Of a stretch of DNA of 42,084 nucleotides, positions 1 through 10,353 are shown piece after piece. Source of the DNA: Emiliania huxleyi CCMP1516 (Eukaryota). The notes under the pieces were generated by a model, which searched no databases, was not told the origin of the DNA, and was given only the letters and a program-made list of their open reading frames with translations. The stretch's first letter is position 1. Each line of letters opens with the position of its first letter. The position numbers and the translations under genes are program-made. The DNA lies in NCBI RefSeq assembly GCF_000372725.1, contig NW_005201191.1, positions 250,426-292,509 on the forward strand. The letters run 5' to 3'.

Positions 1-450
1 CGATCACTCCCTCCGCGGCGCGCAGAGAGTACAGCGGCGGGCACCGAGCCGACGCCGCGCTCCGAGGGTCGAGCCGCGGGGCTGGCGGGCGGACAAGGCT
101 GCTCTCGCCGGGGCGGCGCTCCTCGTCGGAGCCGCCGGGAGGCCGGAGCCGCCGAGAGGTCGCCGCTCCTTTCGCCGCCGTGGCCGGCCCGGCCTCGTCG
201 ACCTCCATCGCCCCGCCCTCGTCCACCTGCATCGCCTCGCCGCCCGCCTCAGCCTCGGAAGGCGCCTTGGGCGGCGCGGCGGTGGAGCGGGAAGCGGCCG
301 ACTGCGCACGTGTGGCGGTGTGTCGGTAAAGGAGGGCGGTTGGCGGTGGGGGGAGAGGGTGGAGAGTGCGGGCGGGGGGTGGAGTGGGGGGGTGCGGGGG
401 GGGGGGGTAGATGTGTGTGCATGCGCCCCCGGGGGGGGGGGGGGGGGGGG

Positions 451-550
451 NNNNNNNNNNNNNNNNNNNNNNNNNNNNNNNNNNNNNNNNNNNNNNNNNN
501 NNNNNNNNNNNNNNNNNNNNNNNNNNNNNNNNNNNNNNNNNNNNNNNNNN
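451..550. other. assembly gap
   Basis: run of N; the flanking poly-G looks like a low-quality read end. Confidence 0.99.
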
Positions 551-2014
551 TGGCGGCTCGGCATGATGGACGGCGTGCTGCTCGAGGAGGCGCACGATCG
601 CGGCGTGGCCCGCGTCGCGAGCCAGCCGTAGCGCGCTGCAGCCGTTGACGTCCTCAGCGTTGGCGTCGGCGCCCTTCTTCAGCAGCGCGTCGACCGCCCG
701 CCCCGCCCGCTCGCCGCCCACACTGGCAGCCTCCATCAGCGCGGTGCGGCCGACACTGTTCCGATGGTCGAGATTCGCGCCCGCCTCAATCAGCGCGAGG
801 ACGTTGTGCGTGGGGCCCGACATGGCGGCATACATCAGCGCGGTGCAGCCGTCACCGCACCGATGGTCGACCGCCGCGCTGTGCAGCAACAGCGCCTCGA
901 CCGTCGTAAAGCTGCCTTTGGCAGCCTCCATCAGCGCGGTGCGGCCGTCGCAGCTCTCGTGATTGATCGCCGCGCCGTGCCCGAGCAGCGCGACGACCGC
1001 CGGTGTCCCAATTAACGAGTTCCGGGCGGCAATCAACAGCGCGGTGCAGCCGCTGCCGTTCTGCTGGTCAACCTCGGCGCGGTGCTCCACCAGCAAGTCG
1101 ATCGCCCGCACGTCGCCGTTCATGGAGGCAATCATCAGCGCGGTGCGGTCACCCATCACCTTGGCCTCGGCGAGGTGGTGGACCTCTGCGCCGCGCTCCA
1201 GCAGCGCCTGGACCGTGTTGGTGTCGCGCAATCCGGTGGCGATCGTCAGGGGATTCCACCCCGCGTCCTGCTGGTTGAGAGAGAAGGCCGAGGCGCCGCC
1301 CGCGAGCAGCGGCCCGAAGAGCTGGCCGCTCAAGGCGGCGCGCACCATCTGACCTTGAATAGCGAACTCGAAGTCCTGCTGCCGCCCCCCCGCAGGCGAG
1401 ACCCAGCAAACCCGCTCGTCCGCCGCCGCGACGCGCCGCGGCTGCTGCAGCGCGTCAAATGCCGCTCCCCCGGCCGAGCTCGGGGCCGAGCCGAGCTCGT
1501 CTTTGGCCGTCTGCGGCGCGGCCGTGCTGGCAGATCCGCTCCCGCCCGCCTCGACGGCCTCGGAGGAGAGCCTGCGCTCGTCGGTCTCTGCTGCCGCCGC
1601 CTCCGCCGCGGGTATTGCAGCCTCCTCCGCCGCCGCCACGGCCGCGGGTACTGCAGCCTCCACCGCCGCCGCCGCCTTCCCCGCCTCCCGCGCGTAGGCG
1701 ACTGCCGCCTCGACCGCCGTATCAAAGTAGCCCAAGTCGGACGTCGTCCCGTCCTTGTTGCTCATCGCCCAGAAGCGGCCAGAGGCGTCAAGGGTCACGC
1801 CCTCGTAGCCGGTGTTGCTGCTGCGTGAGAGATGCAAGCTCAAACCCTCCACTGGCGCGAGCAGCGCGGCGTCCTCGGACTGCGAGCGGGCATGGGCCGA
1901 GGCGAGCTCACCGTCGGCGGTACCGCGTTCGGCGCCGCCGTGACCGCTCGCCCGCGCGGCAAACTGCTGCAGGCCGCGGTTGGGTCGAGAGACAGGAGGA
2001 TGCACGCCGCGCAT
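551..2014 (-). CDS. AP2-domain + ankyrin-repeat protein (runs into the gap at 451-550; may continue in an exon at ~1-300)
   Basis: Manual translation of the minus strand from ATG 2014 stays open to the gap. It contains the AP2-like segment EGLSLHLSRSSNTGYEGV...LGYFDTAVEAAVAYAR (~1850-1690) and about 7 ankyrin repeats (GWNPLTIA, DRTALMIAS, GCTALLIAA, GRTALMEAA, GCTALMYAA, GRTALMEAA, GCSALRLA, mostly followed by LL..GA.V[DN]-like segments). Absent from the ORF track. Confidence 0.85.
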
Positions 2015-2299
2015 GGAAATGCGCACCTCTATAAATATTTTTCTGAGACTTCTTTTAAATTCTTTTAGAGACCACTTCACAGCTGTATGCCTTGCTCCTT
2101 TAGATGCTCTTTGTATTTCTGACTCATCCGCTTGAGACTGCCTGAGTACATGCTCTTGTTATTCTTTTGTGCTTGGCGTCTTGTGTGGTGCGGGTTTCCC
2201 CCTCGTTGTACCCCCGTCCAGAGAGAGAGAGCACTGCTACATGTTGCCTTTTGTCTTCTCTCTGGTGCTTCCGCTCCTGGCCGGTGGATTCACACCGAC

Positions 2300-2999
2300 A
2301 TGGAGCCTCCTGCCGGGACCGAACCAACGCCTTGGCACCGACGAGGCCGCCGGGATGCTTTACCCCGGCACACGCTGAGGGAGGGTGTAGAGGATGTAGA
2401 GTGTAGAGCGCTGTAGAGTTGTAGAGCTGTAGAGCTGTAGAGCGCTGTAGAGCGCTGTAGAGCTTCCAGCCCGGCTGCGCCCGCCCGCCCCCGTCGGGGC
2501 CGTTATCCGAGACGAATGCGACGAGCGTCCTGGAATCGAGCCGCGAGGACTGTAGGGTGTCGAGCACCCGCCCGATGCCATCGTCGACCGCCTTCACCAT
2601 AGCCGCGTAGATGGCCTTTGGCTCGTTCCACAGCCGCGCGATAGTTTCGTTGCGATCGCTGAGCTTGGCCTGCCACGGGTTGTGCGGCGCGTTGTACGCG
2701 AGATAGATGAAGAAGGGAACGGCCTGGTCACGGCAGACACGGTCAAGACGCCCTTCACTGTTAGCCGGCGAGGGATGGGTGAAGAGCCGGGAGGCCTTGT
2801 ACTTCTTGATGAAGTCGACGGTGTGCCGCGTGAGCTTGTCCGTGAGGTACTCGTCGCCCGGCCGCTCCGGGCCCCAGTGGGGCAGCCAGTCCATACGATT
2901 GGCGCCCGGGCCGTCGTCCACCCCATTGAACCTGCCGTCCGCGTTCGGCCAGAAATCGCCCACCCAGTCCATGACGCCGTTCGCCTCGGTGAAGAGTTC
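2300..2999 (-). pseudogene. arylsulfatase-family (sulfatase) gene fragment, probably incomplete
   Basis: EYLTDKLTRHTVDFIKKYK|AVPFFIYLAYNAPHNPW...YAAMVKAVDDGIGRVLDTL...TLVAFVSDNG are sulfatase core motifs, with an in-frame GC-AG intron at 2795-2724. No N-terminal CxPxR signature is visible, and the C-terminal part is interrupted by the CTCTACA repeat. Confidence 0.7.
2375..2463 (-). repeat. CTCTACA(G)-rich dispersed element, copy 1
   Basis: ends ...CTCTACAGCGCTCTACACTCTACATCCTCTACACCCTCCCTCAG, the same terminus as 40830-40918 in opposite orientation. Confidence 0.85.
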
Positions 3000-3533
3000 C
3001 TGAACGGGCGCAAGCAAAAGCAGGCTGAAGCGGGGGAGGGCGGGCGCGAAAGTGGACGGTGGATTGCTTGCGCGCGAATGCCGCGCAGCCAGGGGCCCAT
3101 AGGGGTCACGCGGAGGGAGGCGCTGTTGGCGGCGGAGGAGGTGGAGGAGGCCGCACGGGCGGCGGAGAAGGCGCGGGCGGCGGAGGGGGGGAAGGGCGGC
3201 GGCAGCGGGCGGCAGTCCCGCGAGGCACGCCGGCGGAAGGGTTCGTCTTCGCGGGGGCGGGGTGCGCACTGCGCGCCGCGAGGATGAGGAGCCTGAGCCA
3301 GGGGAGGGTTGGGAAGGGGGGGCGAGGCCGGAGGAGTATGACGGCCTCTTCGACGGCCCATAAGGGGCCGTTGTCTGCTGTGCCTTTTATGGTGCTAGTT
3401 CGTGCCAGTCTGCTGTGAGAGGGGCTTTTGGTAGAATTCTTCTGGCAAAGGAAGTGGCGCCCGGCTCGACCACTGCTCCTTCCCGCTAGAAGTCCTCCAC
3501 CTCGACGCTCCCGCGGCCGGCTCCCTCCGGCCA

Positions 3534-4612
3534 ATGCTCACAACCCTCTCCTCTGCTGCTTGTTTTGCGCTTGCGCTCCCGCTCGCCGTAGCCCGCGCTG
3601 TCAGCGACACTCTGCTCTCCCTCCTGAATTCTCCCACTCAGCCGAGCGCCACCTTTGCGCTGCCCACCCCGCTCGGCCCGACGTCTAAGCTCGCAGCAGA
3701 GCACGCGGCCGAGCTCGCCTGGCTGCGAGATCGCCTCGGAGCCGACGGCGCCGCGGCCCGCGATAGCTGGCTGCTGCGCATGCTGTCGAGCTGCGATTGG
3801 GACCTGCAGACGGCGCTCCGCCGGTGCGAGGCTTCGCTGGCGCTGCGGAGGGAGGTCGGTTACGACGCGATTGCTGCCTTCGTGCGCGCGCACCCGGCGC
3901 CGGAGGAGTGGCCGCACGGCGAGGCGATCATGCGGCTGCTCCCACGATACATTGCAAGGACGAGCGCCGGAGTGGTCGTCGTGGCGATCGAGGACTGCGA
4001 CTACGAGCTGGCGCTCAAGTGCCTGAGTCCGGAGGCGGTGCGCCAGTTCTGGCTGCACAAGTTGGTGTACCTGCTCGAGACGCTCGCGGACCGAGACGAG
4101 GCGGCTGGCAACATCGACGGAGCAATCTACATGATCGTCGACTCCACCTTCACCACCTCGCGGCAGGGGATGCCGCTGCAGTGGGTAGCGCGGATGATGC
4201 CCGGCATGCGGGACGCCGCGACGCTAGCGGGCTACCAGGCACGTGTTCGGCAGCTGCTCGGAAGGGGCCGAGGGAATGGCGGCTGAGCTTCGCCTCCTCG
4301 TCTGGCAGGCGCACGTGGGCGGCATCTACTTTTGCGGCTCCATGCCTCGCCGAGCAAAGCTCCTCTTTGCTCTTGGCGAGCGCTCCACCTCGCGCGCCCG
4401 CTGAATAAGTGTGCCCCACCGCTGATTAAAGTCGTTGCCGAGCAGGCAAGCTCGTCGCTCGCGCCTACTTCCGCCTCCACCCCGCCCTCCTGCACGCGGG
4501 CAAGGGCCTTGGCTACCTCATCCAGCCGCAGACCGACCCGGACCAGGCGGCGGCACTCAGCCGCATCTTCGAGCCCAAGCCGCTCCCCGTCTCGCTGGGC
4601 GGCTTCTCGTGA
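3534..4612 (+). CDS. CRAL-TRIO (Sec14-like) lipid-binding protein with predicted signal peptide; exons 3534-4238, 4309-4375, 4446-4612
   Basis: CRAL_TRIO_N-like DSWLLRMLSSCDWDLQTALRRCEASLALRRE. After removing two 70-nt GC-AG introns the protein ends LSRIFEPKPLPVSLGGFS* (LPxxxGG terminus). Hydrophobic N-terminus. Confidence 0.8.
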
Positions 4613-4979
4613 GCCCGTGCTCCCTGAACCCCTCCTTCAATGAATGGAGACCGTCGCAGCACGGCAGTTTTGTGCGCTTGGTTATCTCCGACTCTGTCTA
4701 TTGGGTATTGCGACCAGGGGCGGTGCGTGTAAGGCACATGAAGATGAGGAGATGACGTCATGGGACGAGAGAGAAGGTTAATGTGCTGTTGTTTTCACTC
4801 AGTCTTTTACCACTGTCTATTCATGGATATTCGGACAACGTCTCATGTGAGATGTGTCGTGTGTGGGCATGTCACGAGGGGAAGGAAATACGCGGCCCGG
4901 CAGGACGCTCCGGCAGACGGCAAGAACCAAGATACGTCGCCGGCCCAGCGACAGGAAGCGCAGGAAAACAAAAAGAACA

Positions 4980-6240
4980 AGACCAAGAGCATGGAGACGA
5001 GGGAAGGCGCGAGGCGCTCCGCCGACAAGCAGCAGAGGCGGCGGCGAAGTAACGACGGCCATGCTAACGACGGGCGGCACGGTGGTAGGGGCGAAGGTAG
5101 GCCCCTCTAGCATATCCGTTTCAACTGCAGCTGCACCGGCACCTGTTGCTGAGGTGTCAGCAGCATCGAACGAGCCGAAGCAAGGCACGCGGGCGACGCA
5201 CTTCGTTCGCTACGAGGAGGTACAATTAGGCAAGGCAGCTGCGCAGGTGATGGTCCTATTCGCAGAGAAAGGAGTCAAGGAAGGCCAAGAAATCACATGG
5301 TCATATGGGGACTCATACAGGAGCAACCGCAAGGCGATGAGATACAAGGCGGATCCGAACGCAATAACACCCCAGCAAGCTCGGACGGCATTTGCGAGAT
5401 ACTGCAAAAAGATAGACGTGACGAAGGAGGAGCTAGCGTGGAACTTTGGATGCATATCGGCAAGCCAAAATAACGAGCCAGAGGCTGCCCTGGTGCGTGA
5501 GCTAATCCTGAGCAACAATAAGCGACTGTATCACGGAGCACAGAGCGCAGGCTGCAGCAGACAGGACGGCGGCGACGGCGGACATGGCAGAGACGAGTGT
5601 GAAACAAAGGGCGGCGGGGATGGAGGGCGGTAGCGACGGGGATGGTGACGGTGACGGTGGCGAGGGAGCGGAGGGGAAGGGGGTCCATTAACACCAGACA
5701 GCGAGAGGGGCAGGGAGGAAAGGAGGAGAGAGGAAGCCAACGGCGATGCCACCAGCAGCAGGGGACACGATGAACAAATAGACAACGACCAAGGCGATGG
5801 CGAGGACGAGGAGTCACGGGACGATGGCAGGCGAGACGAGGAGGACGGAGGCGAGGGAAGAGGCAGCGCCGCAGTCGACGGAGGCGACAACGATGGAGAT
5901 GGAAAGGGAGCGGCGACATGCGCAGAGGATGAGGATATAAACTGGGACGACGCAGCGGAGGGGATAGGCGAGGGAATCGAGGGGCCGGAGGGCTTTCGCG
6001 ACAGCGACGATGACGACGAAGGCAGGGGAGGAGACGGAGGGGCGACACGCAGGAGGAGCGAAATCGCGAACGGCCCGAGCAGAGAGAGCGACGACGGCGG
6101 AGCACGAGGGGGCAACGGAAACGCTACCGATGACGCGAACCGAGGCACGGGCGACGGCGGGGACGGGGACGGGGAGGGCGACAGCGACGTCGAGGTTGAC
6201 GCAACCGTATCGAGAGCGCCACCCAAAAGGAGACGAACCG
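4980..6240 (+). mobile_element. degenerate purine-rich repetitive element with a SET-domain-like fragment and an acidic coding tract
   Basis: 5680-6230 is largely duplicated at 29030-29425. The ORF contains NEP...VMVLFAEKGVKEGQEITWSYGDSY, resembling the SET C-terminal motif. Stops and frameshifts follow downstream. Confidence 0.5.
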
Positions 6241-6799
6241 ATTTGCTGTGGGGGGCGTCATCACCGCGCGCTCGCGTTCATATCAACGCCGTGTAGCGTT
6301 GCCCCACCAACGTAGTACGTGCCCTGCCTGCCCACCGCGGAGCCCACCAGCGCCCCGACCGCCGAGCGCTTCTTCCCCACCCGGCCTCGCCCCTCGCCCC
6401 CCGCGCGGCTTCGCCCCCTCGTTCTGCATATAGTGTAGCTTCACCTAGCGGATCACGGCGGCGGCGGGTGGAGCAGGAGCGGGAGGGCAGCGCTCCGCAA
6501 CGGATCTCGCCCACCATTTTGCGGTGGCTGAGCACCGACCAGGCGTTCCCCTCTCTTGTCGTACCGCGTCGTATTTTACCCCGCACACGGGTCAGCCTGC
6601 TAGCCACGTATCCACGCAAGCGTGGTCCGCGCGCATGGCAAGCGTGCGAGTCGCCAGCCAGCTGTGAAAAAGTCCAACGTGGGGGGGGCTGCTCGGAACC
6701 GAGCGTCTTTGCCAGTGCGCCACAGTTCCCGTGCCCAGTGTTGTGCGAGGGTACGCCACCGCTGTGCTCCTCGAGCGCGCTCTCGGCGCTCTCGCTAAT

Positions 6800-8716
6800 A
6801 TGGTTCGCTCCGGCGGCTCGGGCAGACCCTACTCCCGCGAAGAAATCTGCTGGGGCTCCTTCGAGCGCAACACGGGTGCGTGGTGTCCGTTCACCGAGCA
6901 GGACGCCATCGAGGCCGCCTATCAGGCGAACGAGGCGTCGATCCACCTCCCCGCCTGCTTTGACGCGACGGTGCACTTTTCTGAGCCCCATTGCTTCCAG
7001 CGGACGCCCGCGGTCGGCTCCAAGCCGTCGGGGTTCCGTTCCGTCCTTCGCGGCGAGGTGACTGCTCAACCTCCTCCATAATCCCCCTGCGACCCATTCA
7101 CCGCCGCGTCCCATCGCTTCGAGGTGGGCAGCGTGGTGCGGCTGCATTACTGGGCGAGCAGCAAGACGTTTCGGCTCGACGCGCCGACGAACGAGCCGCC
7201 CTCGTACGTGGTGGATGTCAAGATCGAGGCCGCGCCCCAGGAGCGGCCGGTTGCCTGGCAGTGGCTCGATCTCCCCCCGAGCGCGCTCGCGTCTGCAATG
7301 GACCTCAACTGGCACTCGTTCGCGCCGGAGCACTCGGAGGCGATCGAGCAGGCGTCGAGGGCGACGATGGGCCGTGTGGAGATCATCATCGGTCTGACCA
7401 AGTACGTCATCCAAAACTTCAACGGCGCGTATGCCGAGCAGCGAAACGAGAGGACGGGCGCGCGCAGGTCGGTGCGGCGTGGCTACGCGTCGGATGCAGC
7501 GCCGCCCGCGGTAGCCGCAGCGGAGCGCGTGTCGGCACAGGCTGTCCGCACGGCCCTCACCCGTCGCCCGCCGTGCCGTGTAGGCGCCCGACGATTTGGC
7601 CTCAGACTTTTGCGGGCGCAGAGCCGCGGAGCCTCACCCACAGACAACAGCCCCGCCGAGACGACGCCTCCCCGAGACGAAGCCACGAGACGGATCCTCG
7701 AGACGGAACCGCACACGCGCCTCCCTCCTCCCCCTCCTCCCCCTCCTCCCTCTCCCCAGACACCCCTCTCCCCAAACACCCCTCGCCACACACCCCTCCT
7801 CCTCTCTCTGACCCTCCCGTCCTCCCTCCCGTGCACCACGCCTCGCAAACTCTCTCGCCCTCGTCCCCTGCCCGCCCTTCCCCACCTCAGCCTCCTCCCC
7901 TCCCCCCCCCCTCCCCCCCTCCCCCCCTCCCCTNNNNNNNNNNNNNNNNNNNNNNNNNNNNNNNNNNNNNNNNNNNNNNNNNNNNNNNNNNNNNNNNNNN
8001 NNNNNNNNNNNNNNNNNNNNNNNNNNNNNNNNNNNNNNNNNNNNNNNNNNNNNNNNNNNNNNNNNNNNNNNNNNNNNNNNNNNNNNNNNNNNNNNNNNNN
8101 NNNNNNNNNNNNNNNNNNNNNNNNNNNNNNNNNNNNNNNNNNNNNNNNNNNNNNNNNNNNNNNAAAGGGGAAAAGGGGGGGCCCCCCCCCCCCCCCTCCC
8201 TCCTTCCCTTTTCTTTTTCTTGGGGGTTTTAAACCCCCCCCCCCCCCTTTCCCCTTCCCCCTTCTCCTGGGGGTTTTTACCCCCCCCCCCCCCCCCCGCC
8301 CAGGGGGTGCCCGCCGCCTGTCCGCAGCTTCCACCACTCTTGCATCCAGCATGTCCTCACCGCGCCGAACGCATACACGAGGAAGTGTCCGATCTGCCGC
8401 CGCACCCTGGCCCGCCCGCCCGTCGGACCCAGCTCCAGCATTGCGCAAGGACGACCGGCACCGGTCCGCGCCACTGTCATAGCCGAGAGAGAGCCCGGGA
8501 GGGACCGCCAGCTCGCACTTCCCCAGCTCTTCACGGCCCGAGGTAAGCCACACACCTCGCTACTCCCCAGAACTTGCTCGGAACCTTCCGGGCGCGAAGT
8601 CGGGCCGGGGCCCGGCACGGTTCACACGGCGTTGACGGAGCGTGGCATCCCCTCCCCCCCCCCCCCCCCTCCCCCATCCCCAAGGCCTTCAGGGCTCGCA
8701 CCTCAACCTCTCATAG
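6800..8716 (+). CDS. tandem WWE + RING-H2 E3 ubiquitin ligase (Deltex-like order); exons 6800-7057, 7124-7510, 7584-gap, 8328-8542, 8685-8716
   Basis: WWE1 ICWGSFERNTGAWCPFTEQDAIEAAY...FRSVLR and WWE2 AWQW...NWHSFAPEHSEAIEQA...QRNERTGARRSVRR. The exon after the gap reads FHHSCIQHVLTAPNAYTRKCPICR, the second half of a RING-H2. The middle is lost in poor sequence and the gap. Confidence 0.75.
7934..8163. other. assembly gap with low-quality flanks
   Basis: run of N with homopolymer-rich flanks. Confidence 0.99.
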
Positions 8717-9598
8717 ACTAGCGCGCAGCGCCATGGCAGGCATTTTCTTCTCAACAACAAGTTCTGTGAAACTAGGCGCCGCGGCCGGGGACGGGGGGCG
8801 GCGGCCGCGTGGGGATGGACCCCGACGAGGCCCGCCGCTTCGTCAACCCGCGCAACCTCGGCGACTACTCCTCGTCGGCACAGGACGCCTATGCCGGCCG
8901 AGGGCCGTCGGCGCGTACGCCGTCGTCGCGGCGGTGGTTTTGATGGACGCACAGCCGGGCCCGGAGTCGTATCTCTGACTCGTCGTACGTAGTTGTGGCC
9001 TCGAGCGAGGCGCGCGCTTAAGACGCCACACACCGCTCAGATCCTCTCTCAGCCGCTCCGCCTCCGGCGGTGCGGGACAGAGGCTCAGAGCGCATGTGAG
9101 CGCTGAATGATCGGCGCATAGTTGCTCGAGTTGTTTTCTTTGGCAGTAGCTCTGAACGCGCAAAGCGCGCGTGTGGCCGAAATTTAAAGTCTGCGTCGCC
9201 GGACGAAACCCGAGAGAGAATAAGCACACACTTTTGGACGTTGAATCAAGCCCACGTTGCTCGTTGGGGAGTGCAGTCGCGAGTCGGTAACCTCAGTCCT
9301 CACATCCATTCAAGCAGTTCGCCAAACGGCGGGGAATTCGTGGGACCAACCCGTCGGCGGAGCTCAAACTCACCTCAAACTCGTCAGTTACAATTACTCA
9401 GAGTAGACTCTGACTCACGCAGCGCGCTCTCGCTCCCCCCACGTACTCCAAATCTCTCTAATTCGCCAGAGTGTACTTTTGCGCAAGCCCAGCTTGCACA
9501 GCATGCAGCGATGCACAAGGCTCGCGCCCAGCATGCGCTACCCCCACCCCCGAATCCGTCACCGCGGCCGACGTCGCCACGTCTCGCGCCGGCCGGCG

Positions 9599-10316
9599 TC
9601 AGTTTTGGAACAGGAAGCGCAAGTCGTCCTCCGAGAGCTGCGAGAGCGAGCCGATGTCTCCGCCGACGGTGCCCTCGAAGACGAGCCGCTTCTTGTCCTG
9701 CAGGCGAATGATGCGCTCCTCCACGGTGTTGCGCACGACAAACCGAACCTGCAAAGCGCGGGCGAGGGTGGCGCTGGTGGCGCGGGGGGTTTTGGGGGTG
9801 GGTGGTGGGCGGTGGTGGGTGGGTGGAGGGTGGGTGGGGTGGGTGGGGGGCAGCTGCGGTGGGCCGCAGGGGGTTGGCAGTGGCGATGGCGCACCGCGCG
9901 GATGGGCTTGTGTTGGCCGAGGCGGTGGGCGCGGTCGATGGCTTGGTACTCGGCGGCAGGGTTCCACCACGGGTCCATCAGGTAGATGTGGGACGCGACG
10001 GTCAGGTTGAGGGCGACGCCGCCCGCCTTGAGGGAGATGAGGATCACCTTTGTGCCGAAGTCGTCCTTGAAGGAGTTGAGCACCCCCTCGCGCGCCGCGA
10101 CGCTCATCCCGCCGTTGAGCTTGACCACCTTGATGCCCGCGCGCTGGATCCGGTACTCGAGCAGGTCGAGGAACGAGACGAACTGCGAAAAGACGATCGC
10201 CTTGGCCGCCGGGTCAGCCTCGCTCATCGCGTGCAGCTCCTCCATCAGCGCCTCCATCTTCGTGCTCGAGCGGAACTGGGCCATGTCCAGCCGGCCGAGG
10301 ATGCCCTTGAGCCGCA

Positions 10317-10353
<37 letters not shown>

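Noticed and set aside
8164..8300. Poly-C/G/T tracts resembling telomeric or G-quadruplex repeats (also 421-450 and 18930-19150)
   Set aside because: They lie next to gaps or contig joins and look like low-quality read ends with homopolymer smearing.
8689..9230. Small minus-strand ORFs between the WWE gene and RAD16
   Set aside because: No recognisable motif or consistent splice structure, so a gene call cannot be supported.
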